Origin: Escherichia coli
GTDB taxonomy: Bacteria; Pseudomonadota; Gammaproteobacteria; Enterobacterales; Enterobacteriaceae
NCBI RefSeq assembly: GCF_048403405.1
Contig: NZ_CP183129.1
Strand: one strand, 5' to 3'
DNA length: 64,000 nt
Part shown: one piece after another, positions 14,079 to 24,825 of the stretch
Numbering within the stretch: the first letter of the stretch is position 1
How the letters are laid out: each line of letters begins with the position of its first letter
The notes under the pieces: model-generated
What the model saw: only the letters and a program-made list of their open reading frames with translations
What the model was told of the DNA's origin: nothing
Databases searched by the model: none
Translations under genes and position numbers: made by a program

Positions 14079-14681
14079 ATGGGAAATTCTGACCGTAAGC
14101 CTGGTCTGATTAAGCGCCTGTGGAAATGGTGGCGTACTCCCAGCCGTCTGGCGCTGGGGACGCTGCTGTTGATCGGCTTTGTTGGCGGCATCGTCTTCTG
14201 GGGCGGCTTTAACACCGGGATGGAAAAAGCCAATACCGAAGAGTTCTGCATTAGCTGCCACGAAATGCGTAACACGGTGTATCAGGAATACATGGATTCC
14301 GTGCACTACAACAACCGTAGCGGCGTTCGTGCGACCTGTCCGGATTGTCACGTTCCGCACGAGTTTGTGCCGAAGATGATACGCAAGCTCAAAGCAAGTA
14401 AAGAGCTGTATGGTAAAATTTTTGGCGTTATTGACACGCCGCAGAAATTTGAAGCTCATCGCCTGACGATGGCACAGAATGAGTGGCGGCGCATGAAGGA
14501 CAATAACTCGCAGGAGTGCCGTAACTGTCACAACTTCGAGTATATGGATACAACCGCCCAGAAATCGGTTGCCGCGAAGATGCATGACCAGGCGGTGAAA
14601 GATGGGCAAACCTGTATTGATTGCCATAAAGGGATAGCGCACAAGCTGCCCGATATGCGCGAAGTCGAGCCAGGTTTTTAA
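14079..14681 (+). CDS. napC: Tetraheme cytochrome c NapC
   Basis: 200 aa; four CxxCH motifs (CISCH, CPDCH, CRNCH, CIDCH). Confidence 0.9.
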   Translation: MGNSDRKPGLIKRLWKWWRTPSRLALGTLLLIGFVGGIVFWGGFNTGMEKANTEEFCISCHEMRNTVYQEYMDSVHYNNRSGVRATCPDCHVPHEFVPKMIRKLKASKELYGKIFGVIDTPQKFEAHRLTMAQNEWRRMKDNNSQECRNCHNFEYMDTTAQKSVAAKMHDQAVKDGQTCIDCHKGIAHKLPDMREVEPGF

Positions 14682-14693
14682 CAGGGTTATTGC

Positions 14694-15317
14694 GTGGGTA
14701 TGCTTGAAGCCAGAGAGTTACTTTGCGAGCGGGATGAACGAACCTTATTTAGTGGCTTGTCATTTACGCTGAACGCAGGAGAGTGGGTACAAATCACCGG
14801 TAGCAACGGCGCGGGGAAGACAACGCTTCTCCGTTTGCTGACGGGGTTGTCTCGCCCTGATGCGGGTGACGTTCTCTGGCAAGGGCAGCCCTTGCATCAG
14901 GTACGCGACAGCTACCATCAAAACCTGTTATGGATAGGCCATCAGCCGGGGATCAAAACCCGGCTGACGGCGTTAGAAAATCTGCACTTTTATCATCGCG
15001 ATGGCGATACCGCACAATGTCTGGAAGCCCTGGCGCAGGCCGGGCTTGCCGGATTCGAAGATATTCCGGTAAATCAACTTTCTGCCGGGCAACAACGCCG
15101 CGTCGCTTTAGCGCGTCTGTGGCTAACCCGTGCCACGTTATGGATCCTCGACGAGCCTTTTACCGCGATTGACGTTAACGGCGTCGATCGTCTGACCCAG
15201 CGTATGGCGCAGCATACGGAGCAGGGGGGGATTGTGATTCTGACTACCCACCAGCCGCTCAACGTTGCTGAAAGTAAAATTCGCCGCATTTCACTGACGC
15301 AAACGAGGGCCGCATGA
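14694..15317 (+). CDS. ccmA: Heme exporter ATPase CcmA
   Basis: 207 aa; Walker [13 protein letters not shown] signature LSAGQQRR. Confidence 0.9.
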   Translation: MGMLEARELLCERDERTLFSGLSFTLNAGEWVQITGSNGAGKTTLLRLLTGLSRPDAGDVLWQGQPLHQVRDSYHQNLLWIGHQPGIKTRLTALENLHFYHRDGDTAQCLEALAQAGLAGFEDIPVNQLSAGQQRRVALARLWLTRATLWILDEPFTAIDVNGVDRLTQRMAQHTEQGGIVILTTHQPLNVAESKIRRISLTQTRAA

Positions 15318-15976
15318 TGTTCTGGCGCATTTTCCGTCTTGAGCTGCGCGTAGCGTTTCGCCATAGCGCCGAAATCGCCAACCCGCTGTGGTTCTTCCTG
15401 ATTGTCATTACCCTTTTTCCGCTCAGTATCGGTCCGGAGCCGCAACTGCTGGCGCGTATTGCGCCGGGCATTATCTGGGTTGCTGCGCTGCTTTCATCCT
15501 TGCTGGCACTGGAGCGTCTGTTCCGTGACGATTTGCAGGACGGCAGTCTTGAACAATTGATGTTGTTGCCGTTACCCTTGCCCGCCGTTGTGCTGGCGAA
15601 GGTGATGGCGCACTGGATGGTAACCGGTCTGCCGTTACTTATCCTTTCGCCCCTGGTAGCAATGCTACTGGGAATGGATGTTTATGGCTGGCAAGTGATG
15701 GCGCTGACGCTACTGCTGGGAACGCCTACGCTTGGCTTTCTCGGAGCACCGGGCGTGGCGCTGACAGTGGGACTTAAGCGCGGTGGTGTGCTGCTCAGCA
15801 TTCTCGTATTACCGCTGACTATCCCATTACTCATCTTTGCCACCGCCGCGATGGACGCGGCTTCCATGCATTTGCCCGTTGATGGGTATCTGGCAATTTT
15901 AGGCGCGTTGCTGGCAGGCACCGCGACATTAAGTCCTTTTGCGACGGCGGCAGCGTTACGAATCAGCATTCAATAA
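15314..15976 (+). CDS. ccmB: Heme exporter permease CcmB
   Basis: 220 aa, polytopic membrane protein; start overlaps the ccmA stop. Confidence 0.9.
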
Positions 15977-16017
15977 CGCTGGATTACTGATTTTTGTTCG
16001 AGTCTGGTATCGAAACT

Positions 16018-16755
16018 ATGTGGAAAACACTGCATCAACTGGCGATCCCACCACGGCTGTATCAAATCTGTGGCTGGTTTATACCGTGGCTGGCAATTGC
16101 CAGTGTGGTCGTGCTTACCGTTGGCTGGATCTGGGGATTCGGCTTTGCTCCGGCTGATTATCAGCAGGGAAATAGCTACCGCATTATCTACCTGCATGTG
16201 CCTGCGGCGATCTGGTCGATGGGCATTTATGCATCAATGGCGGTGGCGGCGTTTATTGGCCTTGTCTGGCAGATGAAAATGGCCAACCTGGCGGTGGCGG
16301 CGATGGCCCCCATTGGTGCCGTGTTTACCTTTATTGCCCTGGTTACCGGCTCTGCATGGGGAAAACCGATGTGGGGCACCTGGTGGGTATGGGATGCACG
16401 CCTGACTTCTGAACTGGTGCTGCTGTTTCTGTATGTTGGTGTAATTGCCCTGTGGCACGCCTTCGACGACCGCCGTCTGGCGGGCCGTGCGGCAGGTATT
16501 CTGGTGCTGATTGGCGTGGTGAATCTGCCGATTATTCATTACTCCGTGGAGTGGTGGAACACCCTGCATCAGGGATCAACGCGAATGCAGCAAAGTATCG
16601 ATCCGGCGATGCGTTCGCCGCTGCGCTGGTCGATTTTTGGCTTCTTGCTGCTGTCTGCCACGCTGACGCTGATGCGGATGCGTAATTTAATTTTGCTGAT
16701 GGAAAAACGCCGTCCGTGGGTGAGTGAACTGATACTGAAAAGAGGCCGTAAATGA
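16018..16755 (+). CDS. ccmC: Heme exporter / heme lyase subunit CcmC
   Basis: 245 aa from the internal ATG (MWKTLHQ...); WWD motif WGTWWVWDARL. Confidence 0.9.
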   Translation: MWKTLHQLAIPPRLYQICGWFIPWLAIASVVVLTVGWIWGFGFAPADYQQGNSYRIIYLHVPAAIWSMGIYASMAVAAFIGLVWQMKMANLAVAAMAPIGAVFTFIALVTGSAWGKPMWGTWWVWDARLTSELVLLFLYVGVIALWHAFDDRRLAGRAAGILVLIGVVNLPIIHYSVEWWNTLHQGSTRMQQSIDPAMRSPLRWSIFGFLLLSATLTLMRMRNLILLMEKRRPWVSELILKRGRK

Positions 16756-16961
16756 CCCCTGCATTTGCTTCCTGGAATGAATTTTTCGCAATGGGCGGTT
16801 ACGCCTTTTTTGTCTGGCTGGCGGTGGTGATGACCGTTATTCCGCTGGTGGTTTTGGTCGTGCACTCGGTGATGCAGCATCGCGCAATTCTGCGTGGTGT
16901 GGCGCAACAGCGGGCGCGTGAGGCGCGTTTACGTGCTGCGCAACAGCAGGAGGCTGCATGA
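16752..16961 (+). CDS. ccmD: Heme exporter protein CcmD
   Basis: 69 aa, single TM; overlaps ccmC and ccmE. Confidence 0.85.
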
Positions 16962-17437
16962 ATATTCGCCGTAAAAACCGCTTGTGGATTGCCTGTGCCG
17001 TGTTGGCAGGGCTGGCGCTGACTATCGGTCTGGTGCTATATGCGCTGCGCTCGAATATCGATCTCTTTTATACGCCGGGGGAAATTCTTTACGGCAAGCG
17101 TGAAACTCAGCAAATGCCGGAAGTCGGTCAGCGTCTGCGCGTTGGCGGGATGGTGATGCCGGGTAGTGTGCAGCGCGATCCCAATTCGCTAAAAGTAACT
17201 TTCACCATTTACGACGCTGAAGGTTCAGTAGATGTCTCTTACGAAGGCATTTTGCCGGATCTGTTCCGTGAAGGGCAGGGCGTTGTGGTGCAGGGCGAAC
17301 TGGAAAAAGGCAATCATATCCTCGCGAAAGAAGTGCTGGCGAAACATGATGAAAACTATACGCCGCCAGAAGTTGAGAAAGCGATGGAAGCTAACCACCG
17401 TCGCCCGGCGAGTGTTTATAAGGACCCAGCATCATGA
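16958..17437 (+). CDS. ccmE: Periplasmic heme chaperone CcmE
   Basis: 159 aa; membrane anchor plus OB-fold region. Confidence 0.9.
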
Positions 17438-19377
17438 TGCCGGAAATTGGTAACGGACTGCTGTGCCTGGCGCTGGGAATTGCGCTGCTGCTGTCCGTGT
17501 ATCCGCTATGGGGCGTGGCGCGCGGAGATGCGCGCATGATGGCGTCTTCCCGCTTATTTGCCTGGCTGCTGTTTATGTCTGTGGCTGGCGCATTTCTGGT
17601 GCTGGTCAATGCTTTCGTGGTCAACGACTTTACCGTCACCTATGTTGCCAGCAACTCTAATACCCAGCTTCCGGTGTGGTATCGCGTGGCGGCCACCTGG
17701 GGCGCGCATGAAGGCTCGCTCCTGCTGTGGGTGCTGCTAATGAGCGGCTGGACCTTTGCGGTAGCGATTTTTAGTCAGCGTATTCCGCTGGATATTGTGG
17801 CCCGTGTACTGGCGATAATGGGGATGGTCAGCGTCGGCTTTTTGCTGTTCATTCTCTTTACCTCTAATCCATTCTCACGCACGCTGCCGAACTTCCCGAT
17901 TGAAGGGCGCGACCTTAACCCGCTGTTGCAGGATCCGGGGTTGATCTTCCATCCGCCTCTGCTCTATATGGGGTACGTCGGCTTCTCGGTGGCGTTTGCT
18001 TTTGCCATTGCTTCTTTGTTGAGCGGGCGTCTGGACAGCACTTATGCGCGTTTTACTCGTCCGTGGACACTGGCAGCGTGGATCTTCCTGACGCTCGGCA
18101 TCGTGCTCGGTTCCGCATGGGCCTATTACGAACTCGGCTGGGGTGGCTGGTGGTTCTGGGATCCGGTAGAAAACGCCTCGTTTATGCCGTGGCTGGTGGG
18201 GACTGCGCTGATGCACTCACTGGCGGTCACTGAACAACGCGCCAGCTTCAAAGCGTGGACATTACTGCTGGCAATCAGTGCCTTCTCGTTGTGTCTGTTG
18301 GGGACTTTCCTCGTGCGTTCCGGCGTGCTGGTATCGGTACACGCGTTTGCCTCTGATCCGGCGCGCGGCATGTTTATCCTCGCCTTTATGGTGCTGGTGA
18401 TTGGCGGTTCGCTGCTGCTGTTTGCTGCGCGTGGACACAAAGTTCGCTCACGCGTAAACAATGCGCTGTGGTCGCGGGAATCTTTGCTGTTAGCGAACAA
18501 CGTTTTGCTGGTCGCCGCGATGCTGGTGGTGTTGCTGGGGACGCTGTTGCCGCTGGTGCACAAGCAACTGGGACTGGGCAGTATTTCGATTGGCGAACCG
18601 TTCTTCAACACCATGTTTACCTGGCTGATGGTGCCGTTTGCGCTACTGCTTGGTGTCGGTCCTCTGGTGCGCTGGGGGCGCGATCGCCCACGTAAAATCC
18701 GCAATTTATTGATTATCGCCTTCATCTCTACGCTGGTGCTGTCTCTGCTGTTGCCGTGGCTGTTCGAAAGCAAAGTTGTGGCGATGACGGTGCTCGGCCT
18801 GGCAATGGCCTGCTGGATTGCGGTGCTGGCAATTGCGGAAGCTGTGCTGCGTATTTCACGCGGCACGAAAACCACCTTCAGTTATTGGGGAATGGTGGCG
18901 GCTCACCTGGGGCTGGCAGTGACAATTGTTGGTATTGCCTTTAGCCAGAACTATAGCGTTGAGCGTGATGTGCGCATGAAGTCCGGTGATAGTGTCGATA
19001 TTCATGAATATCGCTTCACCTTCCGTGATGTCAAAGAGGTGACTGGCCCGAACTGGCGTGGCGGTGTGGCGACTATCGGCGTAACGCGCGATGGCAAGCC
19101 GGAAACGGTGCTGTATGCGGAAAAACGTTATTACAACACTGCTGGGTCGATGATGACCGAAGCGGCAATTGACGGCGGCATCACGCGTGACCTGTACGCC
19201 GCGCTCGGTGAAGAGCTGGAAAACGGCGCGTGGGCCGTGCGTCTTTACTACAAACCGTTTGTTCGCTGGATTTGGGCGGGCGGGCTGATGATGGCATTGG
19301 GCGGGCTGCTGTGTCTGTTTGATCCTCGCTATCGTAAGCGCGTGAATCCGCAGAAAACTGCGCCGGAGGCTGTATGA
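17434..19377 (+). CDS. ccmF: Cytochrome c-type biogenesis heme lyase CcmF
   Basis: 647 aa; WWD motif [13 protein letters not shown]. Confidence 0.9.
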
Positions 19378-19931
19378 AGCGCAAAGTATTGTTAATTCCG
19401 TTGATTATCTTCCTGGCGATTGCCGCGGCGCTGCTGTGGCAGCTGGCGCGTAATGCCGAAGGGGATGATCCGACCAATCTGGAATCGGCGCTCATTGGCA
19501 AGCCAGTGCCGAAGTTTCGTCTCGAATCACTGGACAATCCGGGGCAGTTTTATCAGGCGGATGTGCTGACTCAGGGCAAACCAGTGCTGCTTAACGTCTG
19601 GGCGACCTGGTGTCCGACCTGCCGTGCGGAACATCAATATCTGAATCAGCTTTCTGCGCAGGGCATCCGCGTGGTCGGCATGAACTATAAAGACGATCGC
19701 CAGAAGGCAATCAGCTGGCTGAAAGAGCTGGGCAATCCTTACGCACTAAGCCTGTTTGATGGCGACGGCATGTTAGGACTGGATCTCGGTGTCTATGGCG
19801 CGCCAGAAACGTTCCTCATCGACGGCAACGGCATCATTCGCTATCGCCATGCGGGCGATCTCAATCCTCGCGTCTGGGAAGAAGAGATCAAGCCGCTGTG
19901 GGAGAAATACAGTAAGGAGGCCGCACAATGA
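19374..19931 (+). CDS. ccmG: Thiol:disulfide interchange protein CcmG/DsbE
   Basis: 185 aa; thioredoxin motif WATWCPTCR. Confidence 0.9.
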   Translation: MKRKVLLIPLIIFLAIAAALLWQLARNAEGDDPTNLESALIGKPVPKFRLESLDNPGQFYQADVLTQGKPVLLNVWATWCPTCRAEHQYLNQLSAQGIRVVGMNYKDDRQKAISWLKELGNPYALSLFDGDGMLGLDLGVYGAPETFLIDGNGIIRYRHAGDLNPRVWEEEIKPLWEKYSKEAAQ

Positions 19932-20980
19932 GGTTTTTATTGGGCGTGCTGATGCTGATGATCTCCGGCTCAGCGCTGGCGACCATCGACGTGTTGCAGT
20001 TTAAGGATGAAGCGCAGGAGCAGCAGTTCCGGCAACTCACTGAAGAACTACGCTGCCCGAAATGCCAGAACAACAGCATTGCCGATTCCAACTCGATGAT
20101 TGCCACCGACCTGCGCCAGAAAGTGTATGAACTGATGCAGGAAGGTAAAAGTAAGAAAGAGATTGTCGATTATATGGTGGCGCGTTACGGCAACTTCGTC
20201 ACTTACGATCCGCCGTTAACGCCGCTGACCGTGCTGCTGTGGGTGCTTCCGGTAGTGGCTATTGGCATTGGCGGTTGGGTCATTTACGCCCGTTCGCGGC
20301 GTCGGGTACGCGTGGTGCCGGAAGCGTTTCCTGAACAAAGCGTGCCGGAAGGTAAGCGTGCCGGATTTGCTGTTTACCTGCCGGGTATTGTTGTGGCGTT
20401 AATTGTGGCTGGCGTCAGCTACTACCAGACTGGCAACTATCAGCAGGTGAAAATCTGGCAGCAGGCCACGGCACAGGCTCCGGCGTTACTGGACAGGGCG
20501 CTGGATCCGAAAGCCGATCCGCTCAACGAAGAAGAGATGTCGCGCCTGGCGCTGGGGATGCGTACTCAACTGCAAAAAAATCCGGGAGATATAGAAGGCT
20601 GGATTATGTTGGGCCGCGTTGGCCTGGCGCTGGGTAACGCCAGTATCGCCACCGATGCATACGCTACTGCGTATCGCCTCGATCCGAAGAACAGCGATGC
20701 TGCACTGGGATACGCTGAAGCGTTGACACGTTCATCTGATCCCAACGACAACCGCCTCGGCGGCGAACTGCTGCGCCAGTTGGTGAGAACGGACCATAGC
20801 AATATTCGTGTGTTAAGCATGTATGCGTTTAACGCCTTTGAGCAGCAGCGATTTGGCGAAGCCGTTGCCGCGTGGGAGATGATGTTGAAACTCTTACCTG
20901 CCAACGATACTCGCCGTGCGGTGATTGAACGTAGTATCGCGCAGGCGATGCAACATTTGTCGCCGCAGGAGAGTAAATAA
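19928..20980 (+). CDS. ccmH: Cytochrome c-type biogenesis protein CcmH (fused CcmH/CcmI type)
   Basis: 350 aa; LRCPKCQ motif and C-terminal TPR-like region. Confidence 0.9.
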   Translation: MRFLLGVLMLMISGSALATIDVLQFKDEAQEQQFRQLTEELRCPKCQNNSIADSNSMIATDLRQKVYELMQEGKSKKEIVDYMVARYGNFVTYDPPLTPLTVLLWVLPVVAIGIGGWVIYARSRRRVRVVPEAFPEQSVPEGKRAGFAVYLPGIVVALIVAGVSYYQTGNYQQVKIWQQATAQAPALLDRALDPKADPLNEEEMSRLALGMRTQLQKNPGDIEGWIMLGRVGLALGNASIATDAYATAYRLDPKNSDAALGYAEALTRSSDPNDNRLGGELLRQLVRTDHSNIRVLSMYAFNAFEQQRFGEAVAAWEMMLKLLPANDTRRAVIERSIAQAMQHLSPQESK

Positions 20981-20983
20981 AAA

Positions 20984-21016
20984 GAGGCCCGATGGTGATG
21001 CCATCGGGCTGTTTTT
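20984..21016. terminator. Bidirectional terminator between convergent ccmH and narP
   Basis: Hairpin gcccgatggtgatgccatcgggc flanked by an A-run and a T-run. Confidence 0.65.
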
Positions 21017-21662
21017 ATTGTGCCCCGCGTTGTTGCAGGAACAGAATGGTGGCCGCCACGCGTGAGCGGACATTGAGTTTACGCAGCAGATTGCGAATGT
21101 GTACTTTTACTGTCTGCTCGGAAATATTCAACACCGAGGCAATCTGTTTATTTGACAGCCCCTGTGCCAGCTCGTGCAGAACATCCAGCTCGCGCTCCGT
21201 CAGCACGCTGAAGGGATCTTCTTCCGCGCCAAACATTTCACGTTCACGTAAGTACTGATTGACGCGTTCGCTAAAGACTTTGCTGCCTTTCGCTCCGGCA
21301 CGAATCGCTTCCAGCAACACTTCCGGGTCGCTGTCTTTCAACAGATAACCGTCTGCGCCTGCGTCTATCAGCGCAAAGACATCGCTGGAGGCATCGGATA
21401 CGGTCAGGATAATAATTTGCGCGGTAACGCCATCCCTGCGCAAGGCATTGAGGGTATCCAGGCCACTCATACCTTTCATATTGAGATCCAGCAAGATCAC
21501 GTCGATATCCAGTCTATTCGCCAGATCGATCGCGCTCGCGCCGTCGCCCGCTTCGGCGACCACTTCAAAGCCAGGATCAAGCTCCAGTAACTGACGAACA
21601 CCGCGTCGCATAAGTGGATGATCATCCACAATCATCACCTGAAAAGGCGTTGCTTCAGGCAT
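21015..21662 (-). CDS. narP: Nitrate/nitrite response regulator NarP
   Basis: 215 aa from the internal ATG (MPEATPFQVMIVDDHPLMRRG); receiver domain plus LuxR-type HTH. Confidence 0.9.
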   Translation of the reverse strand: MPEATPFQVMIVDDHPLMRRGVRQLLELDPGFEVVAEAGDGASAIDLANRLDIDVILLDLNMKGMSGLDTLNALRRDGVTAQIIILTVSDASSDVFALIDAGADGYLLKDSDPEVLLEAIRAGAKGSKVFSERVNQYLREREMFGAEEDPFSVLTERELDVLHELAQGLSNKQIASVLNISEQTVKVHIRNLLRKLNVRSRVAATILFLQQRGAQ

Positions 21663-21981
21663 AGTAGTCTCCTGAGGTTTTATTAGAATCATTATGTTTG
21701 AGCGTAGCGTTGGTAACGCTACCAGGCGCGTGAATGTTACCCCATTTTATGTATGGACATGTAGCGAAAACTACAACCTTGTCGTTCGCTTTGGCATCAC
21801 TTTCATTATAAAGACGGAATTTTGCATCAGCTTCTCATCAAGAAAAACAACTAAAAAATCAATCACAATACTTGTGCATTTCTTTAAACAGTTTTTAAAA
21901 ACTGACTCCGGGTATGGAGCTATGGGTATTTTCTCTACCCAATGCTTTTAACAGCAATTAATTTCATAGGATGAAAGCTCA

Positions 21982-24573
21982 ATGCATCAATCTGGTTCTG
22001 TTTCTCTTTGTCGTTCCGCAATATCTGTTCTGGTGGCTACAGCGTTATATTCACCCATAGCATTGGCATCAACAGTTGAGTATGGTGAGACAGTTGATGG
22101 TGTTGTCCTGGAAAAAGATATCCAGCTGGTTTATGGGACCGCCAATAATACGAAAATCAATCCTGGCGGAGAACAGCATATTAAAGAATTTGGTATAAGT
22201 AGTAATACTGAAATTAACGGCGGGTATCAGTACATTGAAATGAATGGCACCGCAGAATACTCAATATTAAATGATGGTTATCAAATTGTTCAAATGGGTG
22301 GTGCGGCAAACCAGACTACCCTCAATAATGGTGTGTTACAGGTTTATGGCGCAGCGAATGAACCTACGATTAAAGGCGGGCGCTTAATTATTGAAAAAGA
22401 TGGGATTACCGTCTTTGCCGCTATCGAAAAGGGAGGATTACTGGAGGTTAAAGAGGGGGGATTAGCATTTGCGGTAGATCAGAAAGCCGGCGGTGCGATT
22501 AAAACAACCACCCGGGCCATGGAGGTATTCGGAACAAACCGTCTCGGTCAGTTCGATATCAAGGATGGTATTGCTAATAATATGCTGTTGGAAAACGGCG
22601 GAAGTTTGCGAGTTGAAGAAAATGACTTCGCTTATAATACCACTGTGGATAGTGGCGGCTTACTGGAGGTTATGGATGGCGGGACTGCAACTGGCGTTGA
22701 TAAAAAAGCAGGCGGAAAATTAATTGTCTCAACGAATGCGCTGGAAGTGAGTGGTACAAACAGTAAAGGCCAATTTAGTATAAAAGATGGTGTGTCAAAA
22801 AATTATGAACTGGATGATGGTTCCGGGCTCATTGTTATGGAGGACACGCAGGCCATTGATACTATCCTTGATGAGCATGCCACTATGCAATCGCTGGGAA
22901 AGGATACTGGTACGAGAGTGCAGGCAAATGCGGTATATGATCTCGGTCGATCAGATCAGAATGGAAGTATCACGTATTCCTCAAAAGCCATCTCTGAAAA
23001 TATGGTTATCAACAATGGCCGCGCTAACGTCTGGGCTGGCACAATGGTTAACGTTTCAGTCAGAGGGAATGATGGCATTCTTGAGGTCATGAAGCCGCAA
23101 ATAAATTATGCGCCCGCAATGTTGGTGGGTAAGGTAGTGGTTTCTGATAGCGCTTCTTTTAGAACGCATGGTGCCGTGGATACCAGCAAAGCGGATGTTT
23201 CGCTCGAAAATAGCGCATGGACCATCATTGCCGATATCACTACGACGAACCAAAACACTCGCCTCAACTTAGCCAACCTTGCGATGTCTGGCGCAAATGT
23301 GATTATGATGGCTGAGCCAGTGACTCGTTCATCTGTGACGGCAAGTGCGGAAAATTTCATTACGTTGACCACCAATACCCTGTCGGGAAATGGCAATTTT
23401 TATATGCGTACCGATATGGCTAATCATCAGAGCGATCAGCTCAACGTCACCGGTCAGGCAACAGGTGATTTCAAAATATTCGTGACGGACACCGGTGCCA
23501 GCCCGGCAGCAGGAGATAGCCTTACACTGGTAACAACGGGCGGCGGTGATGCTGCATTTACGTTGGGCAATGCCGGAGGCGTTGTTGATATCGGTACGTA
23601 TGAATATACCTTGCTGGATAATGGCAACCATAGCTGGAGCCTCGCAGAGAATCGCGCGCAAATTACCCCTTCAACCACTGATGTGCTGAACATGGCAGCA
23701 GCACAACCGCTGGTATTTGATGCAGAACTGGACACCGTGCGTGAGCGTCTTGGTAGCGTAAAAGGCGTTAGTTACGATACGGCGATGTGGAGTTCGGCAA
23801 TTAACACCCGCAACAACGTGACCACTGATGCGGGAGCTGGCTTTGAGCAAACATTGACGGGCCTGACGCTCGGTATCGATAGCCGTTTCTCCCGTGAAGA
23901 AAGCAGCACAATTCGCGGCTTGTTCTTTGGTTACTCTCATTCTGATATTGGTTTTGATCGCGGCGGCAAAGGTAATATCGATAGCTACACCCTGGGGGCT
24001 TATGCCGGTTGGGAGCATCAGAACGGTGCCTATGTTGATGGAGTGGTGAAAGTTGACCGTTTTGCCAACACCATCCATGGCAAGATGAGTAATGGAGCAA
24101 CAGCGTTTGGCGATTACAATAGTAACGGCGCGGGTGCTCATGTCGAGAGCGGGTTCCGTTGGGTTGACGGATTGTGGAGTGTTAGACCCTATCTGGCCTT
24201 TACCGGCTTTACCACAGATGGTCAGGACTACACGTTATCAAATGGCATGCGCGCGGATGTGGGAAATACCCGGATATTACGCGCTGAAGCGGGAACGGCG
24301 GTAAGCTATCACATGGACCTGCAAAACGGTACGACGTTGGAACCCTGGCTGAAAGCCGCCGTGCGTCAGGAATACGCCGATTCTAACCAGGTGAAAGTTA
24401 ATGACGATGGCAAATTTAATAATGATGTGGCTGGAACCCGTGGCGTTTATCAGGCTGGGATAAGGTCATCGTTTACCCCGACGTTAAGCGGTCATTTGTC
24501 AGTCAGTTATGGCAATGGCGCAGGGGTAGAATCGCCGTGGAATACTCAGGCGGGTGTGGTCTGGACGTTCTGA
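21982..24573 (+). CDS. yejO: AIDA-I-type autotransporter YejO, intact
   Basis: 863 aa; signal peptide, repetitive G-rich passenger region, C-terminal beta-barrel ending ...QAGVVWTF. From memory this gene is IS5-disrupted in K-12. Confidence 0.8.
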   Translation: MHQSGSVSLCRSAISVLVATALYSPIALASTVEYGETVDGVVLEKDIQLVYGTANNTKINPGGEQHIKEFGISSNTEINGGYQYIEMNGTAEYSILNDGYQIVQMGGAANQTTLNNGVLQVYGAANEPTIKGGRLIIEKDGITVFAAIEKGGLLEVKEGGLAFAVDQKAGGAIKTTTRAMEVFGTNRLGQFDIKDGIANNMLLENGGSLRVEENDFAYNTTVDSGGLLEVMDGGTATGVDKKAGGKLIVSTNALEVSGTNSKGQFSIKDGVSKNYELDDGSGLIVMEDTQAIDTILDEHATMQSLGKDTGTRVQANAVYDLGRSDQNGSITYSSKAISENMVINNGRANVWAGTMVNVSVRGNDGILEVMKPQINYAPAMLVGKVVVSDSASFRTHGAVDTSKADVSLENSAWTIIADITTTNQNTRLNLANLAMSGANVIMMAEPVTRSSVTASAENFITLTTNTLSGNGNFYMRTDMANHQSDQLNVTGQATGDFKIFVTDTGASPAAGDSLTLVTTGGGDAAFTLGNAGGVVDIGTYEYTLLDNGNHSWSLAENRAQITPSTTDVLNMAAAQPLVFDAELDTVRERLGSVKGVSYDTAMWSSAINTRNNVTTDAGAGFEQTLTGLTLGIDSRFSREESSTIRGLFFGYSHSDIGFDRGGKGNIDSYTLGAYAGWEHQNGAYVDGVVKVDRFANTIHGKMSNGATAFGDYNSNGAGAHVESGFRWVDGLWSVRPYLAFTGFTTDGQDYTLSNGMRADVGNTRILRAEAGTAVSYHMDLQNGTTLEPWLKAAVRQEYADSNQVKVNDDGKFNNDVAGTRGVYQAGIRSSFTPTLSGHLSVSYGNGAGVESPWNTQAGVVWTF

Positions 24574-24632
24574 TAACAGAAAATAAACAGGCCGTGATGT
24601 GTCGCGGTCTGTTTATCGAATTAAATGCAGAT

Positions 24633-24668
24633 ATAAAAAAACCAACCGTAAAGGTTGGTTTTTTTTGG
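24633..24668. terminator. Bidirectional terminator between yejO and proL
   Basis: Hairpin aaccaaccgtaaaggttggtt flanked by A7 and T8 runs. Confidence 0.65.
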
Positions 24669-24674
24669 GATTTT

Positions 24675-24751
24675 TGGTCGGCACGAGAGGATTTGAACCT
24701 CCGACCCCCGACACCCCATGACGGTGCGCTACCAGGCTGCGCTACGTGCCG
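24675..24751 (-). tRNA. proL: tRNA-Pro (GGG anticodon)
   Basis: The reverse complement reads CGGCACGTAGCGCAGCCTGGTAGCGCACCGTCATGGGGTGTCGGGGGTCGGAGGTTCAAATCCTCTCGTGCCGACCA, a cloverleaf with a GGG anticodon and encoded CCA. Confidence 0.9.
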
Positions 24752-24825
24752 ACTCGTGGCTGTTAATACTACCGTTTTCCACACCGATTGCAAGTAAGAT
24801 ATTTTGCTAACTGATTTATAATTAA

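Noticed and set aside
18126-18875. 249-aa minus-strand ORF inside ccmF, and similar long antisense ORFs inside napA, yejO, fruA and yeiH.
   Set aside because: Each lies fully inside a well-supported, full-length gene on the opposite strand and has no motif, plausible start context or independent support.
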